Assembly: GCA_964565945.1 (NCBI GenBank)
Contig: CAZMGY010000012.1
Span: 90,001-122,000, forward strand
DNA: 32,000 nt
Reading direction: 5' to 3'
From: an uncultured bacterium
GTDB lineage: Bacteria > GCA-001730085
Shown here: positions 23,195-31,832 of the stretch, one piece after another
Layout of the letters: every line of letters begins with the position of its first letter
How positions within the stretch are numbered: position 1 is the first letter of the stretch
Notes under the pieces: generated by a model
Told to the model about the DNA's origin: nothing
Databases searched by the model: none
The model's input: the letters and a program-made list of their open reading frames with translations, nothing else
Made by a program: the position numbers and the translations under genes

Positions 23195-23891
23195 TCACCC
23201 CTCTCAAGGCGAGCTTCTGCAACGAATTGTTCAACGGACCTTTTGGTTGTTTTATGATCATATCTGGCTTTGGTGTGGAGTTGGTTTGATTGCCTATAGT
23301 TTGTCGTTCACATTAATTTTGATGCCCTTAGTGATAGCTCCTCTGTTTCAGATGGCTAGTTTTGCTCTCAAACAAAACTATACCCAACTGAATGTGAAGC
23401 GTTTTCTTAAGTTAATCCTTCATCCTAATCTAAAAGCTTTAGCTTATATGATTGGAATTTTGGTGCTTATTCTCGCTTTTATAGCCACTTTTCAGTTTTA
23501 TATGCGTTTGCCCCAGAATATGATTTGGCTCAAGATATTGAGCTCTAGTGTGGTTTTTTGGGTGGTGGTTACGATCGCTATGATGATTCCAACTTTATTA
23601 AGTCTTTGGTCCACCGAAACCGATCTTGGTTGGTGGACGACCTGGAAATATGCCTTTTTTGGTTTAATGGCTTATCCTTTATTGTCGATAGGAACTTTGG
23701 GCTTTTTCTGCATTCTAACCTTGTTTTGTGCGGTCTCTTTGGTGGGTTTGGTGGTGATCTGGATGCCACTTAGCGTTCTTTTGTGGTACAATTTATTCTA
23801 TGTGGTCTTTGTTGATTCGAAGAATGATTTCGAAGAAACAATTGAAGGTCTTGATGATCGTTTTTGGTGCGAACTTTTCTCGGTTTCTTAA
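23157..23891 (+). CDS. Polytopic membrane protein, possibly YesL/DUF624-like accessory protein of sugar ABC operons; start uncertain
   Basis: About 6 hydrophobic segments. Its position directly after the two permeases mirrors YesL-type proteins in Firmicutes. The TTG at 23157 overlaps the permease 3' end by 38 nt; the GTG at 23178 is an alternative. The family assignment is a guess from topology and context. Confidence 0.5.
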   Translation: MSKGFSSVPLKDNHPSQGELLQRIVQRTFWLFYDHIWLWCGVGLIAYSLSFTLILMPLVIAPLFQMASFALKQNYTQLNVKRFLKLILHPNLKALAYMIGILVLILAFIATFQFYMRLPQNMIWLKILSSSVVFWVVVTIAMMIPTLLSLWSTETDLGWWTTWKYAFFGLMAYPLLSIGTLGFFCILTLFCAVSLVGLVVIWMPLSVLLWYNLFYVVFVDSKNDFEETIEGLDDRFWCELFSVS

Positions 23892-25087
23892 CAACACACG
23901 CGATTGCGGCCGCTTTCTTTTGCATGATAAAGGCATTGATCGCTAATGTCGATCAAGCCTTGAACACTTTGAGCTTGATCTGGATAACTAGCGAGTCCCA
24001 GGCTGATCGTCATTTGAAGCTCTTTGCCGTAGGCTTGAAAGGTGCGTTGCTCGACATCGACACGTAATCGCTCGGCAATCACCTGGGTATCTTCGAGGGA
24101 GGCTTCGGGAAGAAGGACGCAGAATTCTTCACCACCATAACGGCAGATCAAGTCCATTTCGCGTACGTTAGCACGAATCAGGGACGTTAACTCTTTAAGA
24201 ACCACATCGCCCACTAAGTGCCCATAATTATCGTTGTAGGATTTGAAATGGTCGATATCGATCATCAAACAAGAGAGAGGAAGTTTGTGATTGATCGAGC
24301 GTTGCAACTCCTCCTGAAAGCGAGTCATAAAATGGCGACGCAAATAAGCCTGAGTGAGGCTGTCTGTGATCGATAAACGCTCAACTTGCTCGTAAAGTTG
24401 ATTCTTGTGGATATCAAGAGCGAGCTGAGAGCCAATGATGCGTGCTTTTTCGATGTCGCGGGGATCAATGTTTTCTAAGGTCATAACGGCAATGGCCTCT
24501 TCTTTAACTCGTAAGGGAATGGCCATAAAAGAACTTACATGCGGATCTAACTCCATATTGGAGGCCATAAAATTGGTTTTGGTGTCGAAAATAAGAATTT
24601 CGGTCATATTGTTTTCCTGCATGGTGTTGCATATTTTGTAGTCTTGTTCTTGCGGCTTTAGGTAAAGGGCCGCATTTTCATCATGAACCGTTTCGCTACT
24701 AATTTCAATGATTTTATGTAGGGTCAAACTTTCGAATTTTTTAGAGTCAGTTTGTAATAAGATCACTTTGATCCGGCGGCAATGCAAAATATTCCAAATT
24801 TTATTTTTAAGTAGAGGTGCTTTTTCGCGAAACTTCAAAGACGCACTTAAATCTTTAGAGATTTCATAAAGGCTGGCCGTTGACTGATGTAGCTGTTCGA
24901 GATGATGATTTTTAGCAAGAATGGTGTCGTTATGCTGTCGAAGCTTATCGAGCTCTTCTTTGCCTTTGCGCATTTGAATAAGGAGTTCCTCTTCTTCTTC
25001 TTGAACTTTAAAGAGATAAATTAAAAATAACTTTACCCCCAAAAAGATAGCGACGGCTGTGAGAATAATATGAATCACATACAACAT
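23888..25087 (-). CDS. Membrane-anchored coiled-coil/GAF-like/GGDEF diguanylate cyclase (I-site present)
   Basis: N-terminal TM (MLYVIHIILTAVAIFLGVKLFLIYLF), then a coiled-coil region and a GAF-like middle. GGDEF domain has DIDHFKSYNDNYGHLVGD and RYGGEEF (GGEEF = 24122-24136). I-site REMD at 24152-24163. Confidence 0.85.
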   Translation of the reverse strand: MLYVIHIILTAVAIFLGVKLFLIYLFKVQEEEEELLIQMRKGKEELDKLRQHNDTILAKNHHLEQLHQSTASLYEISKDLSASLKFREKAPLLKNKIWNILHCRRIKVILLQTDSKKFESLTLHKIIEISSETVHDENAALYLKPQEQDYKICNTMQENNMTEILIFDTKTNFMASNMELDPHVSSFMAIPLRVKEEAIAVMTLENIDPRDIEKARIIGSQLALDIHKNQLYEQVERLSITDSLTQAYLRRHFMTRFQEELQRSINHKLPLSCLMIDIDHFKSYNDNYGHLVGDVVLKELTSLIRANVREMDLICRYGGEEFCVLLPEASLEDTQVIAERLRVDVEQRTFQAYGKELQMTISLGLASYPDQAQSVQGLIDISDQCLYHAKESGRNRVCC

Positions 25088-26508
25088 ATTTGATTACGTC
25101 CTTCAGCTTTGGCTTGATAAAGCCCCTTGTCGGCCAAATTAATCAATTCTCTGGGCAGCATAGCATCCTGAGGGAAGGTGGCAATACCTCCACTGATACT
25201 GATTTGTGTTTCTACTTGCCTTAAAACGATAGTGGCTGATTCCACTTTGATGCGCACATTCTCCAGAACCTTTTGAGCCTGTTCTTTGGTGTGTTCGGGC
25301 AGAAGTATAGCAAATTCCTCTCCACCATAACGAGCCACAATTCCTACTTCGGAAAGTTCTTTTTTAAGCAAATTGGCTAGGAAAATGAGAACCTTATCTC
25401 CAGAAGAATGACCATACTGATCATTATATTTTTTGAAGAAGTCAATATCAATGAGGGCAATTGAAAGGGCTGTTTGGGAATGTATGCTACGGCTTAGTTC
25501 TTTGTCAAATTGTTCGGAAAAGTACTTGCGTACATAGAGTCCTGTCAGACTATCCTTGATAGCTAAATCCAATGTTTGTTGGTAAAGACGCGCGTTGGTG
25601 ATGGCTTTGTTGGTCAAATAGGCCAAAATATTTAAAAGCCTTAAATCATCCATCGCAAAGGTGGTTTTTTCCTGGGATTGTATGCGAAGCAGGCCAATGC
25701 ACTGATTTTCCGAGATAAGTGGTGATGAAATAAGAGACTGGAAGGGTAAATCATTTCGATCCGAAAGCCCTTGAAAACGAAAGTCTTTGTGAACATCTGT
25801 GACCAAAAGAGGGATTTTGTGTTTTAGCACCCAGCCATCATAGGCATCGCCTTCTTTGTAGAAGGATTCTTGGTGATGGTCGTTTGAGCTCCAGCGAAGT
25901 TGAATTTTGCGGGAGTTTGGTTGATTCAAATAAAACAGAATGTAATCCCTTTTGTTAATAATGCTTTTGTTGGTGATAAGGTTAATGATTTGTTCTTCGT
26001 TGAGCGATGTGTTGAGTGTGTTGAGTACCTTGTGGAGCAGTGAATAACGTTGAATCAACTCGTTGAGACTAGATGTTTCTAGCTGGTTTTTTTCGAAAAA
26101 CTTGCTAAGTTCATTGTAATTTTCTTTAGTGCTTTGGATCGATTGTGTGTAGGTGTAGGTGCTTAGATCGTCTTTGCGTTTGAGTAGGGAAATGCTCATG
26201 ATCATCATGACATGAAGGGGGATGTGCCAATAAAAAAAGTTAAGCTCAAACGGGAAGGCTACGGCTAATAAAAATAACGAAAGAATGGCCCATATGACCC
26301 AAGCCATAGTGACATAGCCGAGTAAGATCACTGGCCAATAGATGAAAGAAGCGATCAATAGCAATAGGTTGCTCATCACTAAAATGAGTGAAGGGCGTGT
26401 TGTTAGTGTTTGATGAAAGAGAATCGATAGGACAATGTAAAAAATAACATACAATATCCCAAAGAAAACAAGTTGATTACTAACCTTTATCTGGCGCTCT
26501 TGAGACAT
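25075..26508 (-). CDS. Polytopic membrane/GAF/GGDEF diguanylate cyclase (no I-site)
   Basis: About 5 N-terminal TM segments. GAF-like region (FRFQGLSDRN...LISSPLISENQCIGLLRIQS). GGDEF domain has DIDFFKKYNDQYGHSSGD and RYGGEEF (GGEEF = 25312-25326). SEVG occupies the RxxD position. The stop overlaps the downstream cyclase start by 13 nt. Confidence 0.85.
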   Translation of the reverse strand: MSQERQIKVSNQLVFFGILYVIFYIVLSILFHQTLTTRPSLILVMSNLLLLIASFIYWPVILLGYVTMAWVIWAILSLFLLAVAFPFELNFFYWHIPLHVMMIMSISLLKRKDDLSTYTYTQSIQSTKENYNELSKFFEKNQLETSSLNELIQRYSLLHKVLNTLNTSLNEEQIINLITNKSIINKRDYILFYLNQPNSRKIQLRWSSNDHHQESFYKEGDAYDGWVLKHKIPLLVTDVHKDFRFQGLSDRNDLPFQSLISSPLISENQCIGLLRIQSQEKTTFAMDDLRLLNILAYLTNKAITNARLYQQTLDLAIKDSLTGLYVRKYFSEQFDKELSRSIHSQTALSIALIDIDFFKKYNDQYGHSSGDKVLIFLANLLKKELSEVGIVARYGGEEFAILLPEHTKEQAQKVLENVRIKVESATIVLRQVETQISISGGIATFPQDAMLPRELINLADKGLYQAKAEGRNQICCM

Positions 26509-26549
26509 AGGCTCTGGACCCCCAAATAGTTTTTTTATCTATGTTTGTG

Positions 26550-27656
26550 TTACACAATGAGATTTTTTGAATCAATATCGAAGAAGTGAATCTTGCTCAT
26601 ATCTAAGACAAATTCAATTTCTTGATTGATAGATACTTGGCTATTGGAATTCACTTTGGCAATCACAGTTTCTCCCAACACTTTCAAATAAAGAAAAATC
26701 TCTGCACCCATAGGTTCAATCATCTCGACGCGTGCTTTAAAAATGTTGTCGGTTGGGTTGTCTGTGACGAAGAGTTTGTCGTAAATATCCTCAGGACGCA
26801 CACCAAAGGTAACTTTTCTATTGGCATAAGGTGTCAGTTTTTCTTCCATGTCTTTAATGATGCGAACTTTAAAGTTATCTTGCAAGCCCTGGAAGTAAAG
26901 ACCCTTTTTATCTTTCACAACAAGACCTGCTAAAAAGTTCATGGGTGGGGTGCCGATAAAGCTGGCAACAAATTTATTGGAAGGGTTTTGATAGAGGGGA
27001 ATAGGAGCATCAACCTGTTGAATGATACCATCCTTCATAACAACGATACGATCACCCATTGTCATGGCCTCAGCCTGATCGTGAGTTACGTAGATCATTG
27101 TGGCTTTAAGACGAGTATGAAGTTTGCTCAATTCGCTACGCATTTCGGTTCTCATTTTAGCATCCAAGTTACTCAAAGGTTCATCGAACAAGAAGACTTT
27201 GGGTTTACGCACAATGGCACGACCTACCGCGACGCGCTGGCGTTGACCACCAGACAATTGGCGAGGTTTGCGATGCAACAATTCGGTGATATTAAGAATT
27301 TCAGAGGCTTCTTGCACACGATGGTGAATTTCGGTTTTGGGATAGTTGCGTAGTTTGAGACCAAAAGCCATGTTATCAAAAACAGTCATGTGTGGGTAAA
27401 GGGCATAATTTTGAAAAACCATAGCAATATCGCGATTTTTAGGCGAAACATGGTTGATCAGGGTATCCTCGATGAACATTTCGCCCGAAGAGATATCTTC
27501 TAGTCCAGCCACCATGCGAAGGGTTGTAGATTTTCCACAGCCCGAAGGTCCGACCAAAACTACAAATTCTTCATCTTTGATTTCCAAATTTACATTTTTG
27601 ACAGCATGAAAATCATCGTAAAACTTATCGACATTATTGAGCAATACGCGAGCCAT
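26550..27656 (-). CDS. Sugar ABC transporter ATP-binding protein (MalK/UgpC/MsmX type)
   Basis: Walker A GPSGCGKST, Q-loop, signature LSGGQRQRVAVGRA, Walker B VFLFDEPLSNLD, H-loop YVTHDQ. A C-terminal regulatory (TOBE-like) domain follows. The family N-terminus MARVLLNNVDKFY fixes the ATG at 27656. The 27716 start in the ORF track lies upstream of the predicted transcription start. Confidence 0.9.
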   Translation of the reverse strand: MARVLLNNVDKFYDDFHAVKNVNLEIKDEEFVVLVGPSGCGKSTTLRMVAGLEDISSGEMFIEDTLINHVSPKNRDIAMVFQNYALYPHMTVFDNMAFGLKLRNYPKTEIHHRVQEASEILNITELLHRKPRQLSGGQRQRVAVGRAIVRKPKVFLFDEPLSNLDAKMRTEMRSELSKLHTRLKATMIYVTHDQAEAMTMGDRIVVMKDGIIQQVDAPIPLYQNPSNKFVASFIGTPPMNFLAGLVVKDKKGLYFQGLQDNFKVRIIKDMEEKLTPYANRKVTFGVRPEDIYDKLFVTDNPTDNIFKARVEMIEPMGAEIFLYLKVLGETVIAKVNSNSQVSINQEIEFVLDMSKIHFFDIDSKNLIV

Positions 27657-27718
27657 GGGGGGGGGCTTCTCCTCTTCACCAAAAGTCACACACCTAAATA
27701 ATTTAAATATACCCAACT

Positions 27719-27747
27719 ATTATAATCAATTGTTAATTTTTAGTCAA
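27719..27747 (-). promoter_or_regulatory. Predicted strong sigma70-type promoter for the ATPase-GGDEF-GGDEF operon
   Basis: On the - strand: TTGACT (27747-27742), 17-nt spacer, TATAAT (27724-27719). Pattern match only. Confidence 0.5.
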
Positions 27748-27889
27748 ATATGATTTCCTATTCATGCTGGAGTGAGTCGTTTTTAAGTCAGTCCAGGACA
27801 GAGCCGATCAACCCCTAATTTAGGGATCAATGAGTAGATCCCGTGGTTAAGCCAGGGGATGAGGAAGTTTGATAGCATAGGTGTTTTCT

Positions 27890-29704
27890 TTAGCCTTGCC
27901 GTTTTTTCTTTTTGCGCTCATTTTCATCCAGAATGGCTTTGCGTAAACGAATATTCTCAGGAGTCACTTCCACCAATTCATCATCATTTATAAAAGCAAT
28001 GCATTGTTCCAAAGACATAAGGGGTGGAGGAGTTAGTGTGATATTGTCGTCTGAGCCTGATGCACGTACGTTGGTCAACTTTTTACCTTTGGAGGGATTC
28101 ACCACCATATCTTCTTCACGGGAGTTTTCTCCAATAATTTGACCTTTGTAGACATTGATGGCTGGACCTAAAAAGAGCTTGGCCCGATCTTGCAAATTGG
28201 ACAGTGCGTAGCTATTGGTGGTTCCATTTTCCATCACGATGATAGCCCCATTTTTACGATTTTTGATGTCACCAGCATAGGGACCGTATTCACTAAAAAC
28301 GTAGTTCATTTGTCCCATCCCTTTGGTGTCTGTCATAAACTCGGACTTGAAACCAAGTAGTCCACGGGTTGGAATTTTGTACTTAATGCGTGTTAGGTCA
28401 CGGTCTTGCTCCATTGAAAGCAAGTGCCCTTTACGTGTGCCAAGGTTTTCGATCACTTTGCCGCTGTATTCGTCATCGACATCAACGGTGAGCTCTTCGT
28501 AGGGTTCGAGGCGTTGACCTTCTTCTTCCTTAAAAATTACTTTGGGGCGTGTGACTTGAAATTCGTAACCTTCACGTCGCATTTTTTCGATCAGTACAGA
28601 TAAATGCAATTCTCCACGTCCAGCCACTTCAAAACCAACTGTCTCTTTAAGCTCGGTCACTTTAAGCGCAATGTCGGTGAGTGTCTCTTTCTCCAAACGA
28701 TCTTTGATATGGCGAGAAGTGACATAATCGCCTTCACGACCAGAAAAAGGCGAATCATTCGGAATAAAATGCATCGTCAGCGTGGGGGGATCAATGAGAA
28801 CCGCAGGAAGTGGTTGAGGGTTTTGCGGGTCTGTTACCGTTTGACCTACGGTGATGGATTCTACTCCAGCAATAGCAACAACATCACCAGCTTGTGCGTT
28901 ATCAATCTCTTTCATGTCGTTGCCCTTGAAGTGATAAATTTTAGTGATGCGACAGGCTGTTCTCGCTTCATCATCACCGCTTGTTACTAAAATTTCTTGA
29001 TTTATTTTGAGGGTGCCTTGGAAAATACGCCCAATAGCTAAGCGACCCAGAAAGGAAGAATAACTGATTGAACTGATCAAAAGTTGCAAGGGTTGATCAA
29101 GAGCTCCTTGAGGTGCCAGAACTTCTTTGACAATAGTATCAAAGAGGGGTTCCATGTTAACGTTTTCGTCTTCGAGTCTGTATTTGGCATAACCATCGCG
29201 AGCCGAAGCATACATGAGCGGAAAGTCTAAAAGTTCATCTGGAGCGTCCAGTTGAACCATAAGGTCGAAAACTTGATCGTGGACCCAGTCGCAACGCGAC
29301 GCTGGCTTATCTATCTTATTGATCACAACGATTACTTTAAGTTTGAGTGCTAAGGCCTTTTTTAAAACAAAATAGGTTTGAGGCATCGGGCCTTCGGCCG
29401 CATCCACCAAAAGAAGAACTGCATCGGCCATTTGCAAAACGCGCTCGACTTGTCCACCAAAATCGGCGTGGCCCGGGGTGTCGATGATATTGATGCGGTG
29501 CCCTTTGTAATCAAAGGAGCCATTTTTGGCTGTGATCGTGATTCCGCGTTCACGCTCTTGATCCATGGAGTCCATCATGCGTTCAGCAACATTTTGATTG
29601 TTGCGGAACAGACCACTTTGGCGAAAAAGCTGATCCACAAGTGTTGTTTTACCGTGGTCAACGTGGGCAATAATGGCAATATTACGGATATCGGACTGGT
29701 TCAC
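27890..29704 (-). CDS. typA: Translational GTPase TypA/BipA
   Basis: 604 aa. G1 [13 protein letters not shown]3 [12 protein letters not shown]-like ([14 protein letters not shown]), G4 NKIDK. The rest is EF-G-like, without domain IV and with a BipA-type C-terminal domain. SD AAGGAG upstream. Confidence 0.95.
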
Positions 29705-29740
29705 ATTTAAACTCCTTTTATTATAGATAATTTACTAACA

Positions 29741-29769
29741 ATTTTACGTTAAACCTGGTGCGGGGTCAA
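29741..29769 (-). promoter_or_regulatory. Predicted sigma70-type promoter of typA
   Basis: On the - strand: TTGACC (29769-29764), 17-nt spacer, TAAAAT (29746-29741), about 37 nt upstream of the ATG at 29704. Confidence 0.45.
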
Positions 29770-29932
29770 GCATGGATTTAGTGTGAAACTTTTACACTTC
29801 ACACGAGATTAAGAGATGTGTTGTAGAATACAAGACCGTTGCAAAATAAATTAAAACCTACCCAGACACCCTCAATTATCACATTTTTCTAAAATATAAC
29901 GATTTTTTCTTATTTTTTAACTTGTCTTTGCC

Positions 29933-30200
29933 TGTTTTTTCCCAAAATCATCTAAATAATGTTACTTTGGGCGCAACTCTGCATCTCGTTCACGCACAAT
30001 ACACTTGCTTTGCCATTAAGTTCGGTATTTGGCCATGTTTATCTTTACGGGTTCTATGAGTAATAAATGGTTGAGAGAATTAGAGGGTTTGCTTCTTTAT
30101 TTACTATAGGTTTATTTGATCAAATAGGTATTTTTTGGGTGATATTTTGCAATGATCTTAATAATTATTGCCCCCCATGCCCATCCATTCAGGTATAATG
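29933..30200 (-). pseudogene. Short, heavily decayed IS1380-family transposase remnant (copy 1)
   Basis: The - strand translation is broken by several stops but is colinear with the middle of the larger remnant at 30708-31750. GAIIIKIIAKYHPKNTYLIK aligns with GKIIEYYFDNNIEFAIRAK. RKDKHGQIPNLMAKQVY aligns with VKDNKGKVFDLIVQRTQ. IVRERDAELRPK*HYLDDFG aligns with QIKRAEDSENPIIRVKDDFG. A 21-nt DNA match (19 of 21) covers the DDFG codons at 29933-29953 and 30806-30826. Boundaries are approximate. Confidence 0.4.
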
Positions 30201-30254
30201 AATCTATATTGTTGGAGTTGTTATTGGATTAAGTAAAAAAAAGGAAATGATGAT

Positions 30255-30662
30255 ATGAGGATGAGCAAAACGATACCATTATTAGGTTTTATTTTTTTTA
30301 TCTCGACTTGTTTTACAGGATGCTCAACAGTAATGGCCGTTAAAGGTTCCGATAGAAAAGATCTATCCGTTATTGCAATCGGAGCAAGCAGAGATAGTGT
30401 GATAGCAGAACTAGGCTCCCCTATATTTTCAGAAAAAACAGAAACTGAGTATTATGACATTTTTAATTTTAAGCAGGGTTCAGGTAAATTTTTAGCCGCA
30501 GGGAAAAGTTTGTTATATGGTACAGCAGCCGTATGTACTATTGGACTATCGGAAGTGATTGCTACTCCCTTAGAAGGATCATTAAATAACAAAAAAGTTA
30601 AACTAAAGATTTTCTACGACGAAAAAAGAAATGTCAAAGAAATTGTTAATATGACAGTCTAA
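30255..30662 (+). CDS. Putative lipoprotein (135 aa) with BamE/SmpA-like segment and an internal hydrophobic stretch
   Basis: Signal peptide plus lipobox (MRMSKTIPLLGFIFFISTCFTG|C). IGASRDSVIAELGSP resembles the BamE-type motif. AGGA lies 9 nt upstream of the ATG. The gene is AT-rich and flanked by IS remnants. Confidence 0.55.
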   Translation: MRMSKTIPLLGFIFFISTCFTGCSTVMAVKGSDRKDLSVIAIGASRDSVIAELGSPIFSEKTETEYYDIFNFKQGSGKFLAAGKSLLYGTAAVCTIGLSEVIATPLEGSLNNKKVKLKIFYDEKRNVKEIVNMTV

Positions 30663-30686
30663 TAGTTTTTTCAACGTAAAAAACTA
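30663..30686 (+). terminator. Weak AT-only hairpin after the lipoprotein gene
   Basis: Perfect 9-bp IR TAGTTTTTT-caacgt-AAAAAACTA immediately after the stop, with a T-rich tract (ctatttttttta) about 10 nt downstream. The all-A/T stem makes terminator function doubtful. Confidence 0.25.
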
Positions 30687-30707
30687 CTTAACCACTATTT
30701 TTTTTAC

Positions 30708-31750
30708 TTAAAGCAGTATATTAATGTCTCTTAACACTTGATTAAGCAAGCCGTGGTATTCTGCTTGGCATTCAATCATTAGCAGCAAAATTGCCACAAG
30801 GCATTTGTTTTGCCCCAAAATCATCTTTTAACCCTTATAATAGGATTTTCACTATCCTCTGCTCTTTTGATTTGGGTTCTTTGCACGATTAAATCAAAAA
30901 CTTTGCCTTTGTTGTCTTTAACATCAATAAAATGTTGCCTTTTAAAGATGGTTTGCGCCTCAACATCATTTCCTTGTTTATCAAGTAAAGGCTGCCACTT
31001 ATTATTTTTATCAAGCATAATATCTTTGAGGGATTTGCACATCTTTGCTCTAATGGCAAATTCAATGTTGTTGTCAAAATAATACTCAATGATTTTGCCT
31101 TGATAGCCAGCAGTATCAATACGCAACTTATTTACCTTGACACCCTAAGGCAAAGCACTTTAACAGTGTTTTAATAAACCAAAGATTGTCTTTTGCTGGT
31201 GAAGTATTGCCCGCCCTAAAGTCGGTGGCTACTATTATGCCCTGCTTGGGCAATGTGGCCCAGCATTGGCATATAGCCCTTGTGTTTTTTATAACTCCAT
31301 TGGGCATCGGCTTTATTGGCAATCACCTCAGAGGCATCAATATCAAGCGTAATATTTTTACAGTTGTGCAAGGTGGCAGCGAGCAAAGTTTTATTAACTT
31401 CTGATAAGGCTCTAATACCTTGATTGTTTTTACCCAAGCCTCTTAAGCAACTACCAAAATGCCTTGTGGTCTTGGTCTTTTTTGTTGAAGCAGTAAAAAT
31501 AAGGCTTTGTCTTTGGCAATATGGATGGTGTCATCCAGACATTTCCCACCTTCGTGTTGACTTAGTAGTAAGGTATTGATAAAAGTTGAAACTTTAAGAG
31601 CAGTATTGCTATTTAAAGCAGAGAAGTGCTGGTCAATGGCTTTTTTTTATCAAGGGTAAGTGATTGCATTAAATGTGCGGGTGCTAACAAGCCTGTGTGG
31701 GCAATTAGAAGTTCGTTGGTGGGGGTGAGTTTATAGTTTAAAATATTCAT
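30708..31750 (-). pseudogene. IS1380-family DDE transposase pseudogene (copy 2): at least 4 frameshifts, 3'-truncated
   Basis: The - strand starts at the ATG at 31750 (MNILNYKLTPTNELLIAHTGLL). Pieces in different frames follow ISEcp1-type order:
- STFINTLLLSQHEGGKCLDDTIHIAKDKAL
- TTRHFGSCLRGLG
- ITLDIDASEVIANKADAQWSYKKHKGYMPMLG (first D)
- IIVATDFRAGNTSPA
- LRIDTAGYQGKIIEYY..IEFAIRAK (second D)
- RAEDSENPIIRVKDDFGAKQMPCGNFAAN (E region)

The first frameshift sits in an A8 run (31641-31648). No terminal inverted repeats were identified. Confidence 0.75.
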
Positions 31751-31832
31751 AAGCACAGAAGTTTGGTTAATGCTTAGGTTGAAAGCATTATACCAGTTGG
31801 AATTTCTGCGCTTTTTTGTTTTCTATTTTTGG

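Noticed and set aside
27657-27716. Extended N-terminus of the ABC ATPase (MGIFKLFRCVTFGEEEKPPP)
   Set aside because: ABC ATPases of this type start at MA..L.L.NV.K.Y. The extension would begin upstream of the predicted transcription start and would read through the SD and the C9 tract.
30810-31404. + strand ORFs 30810-31082 and 31186-31404, and - strand ORF 30889-31119
   Set aside because: They are antisense or alternative frames of the IS1380-family pseudogene, with hydrophobic or low-complexity translations and no independent support.
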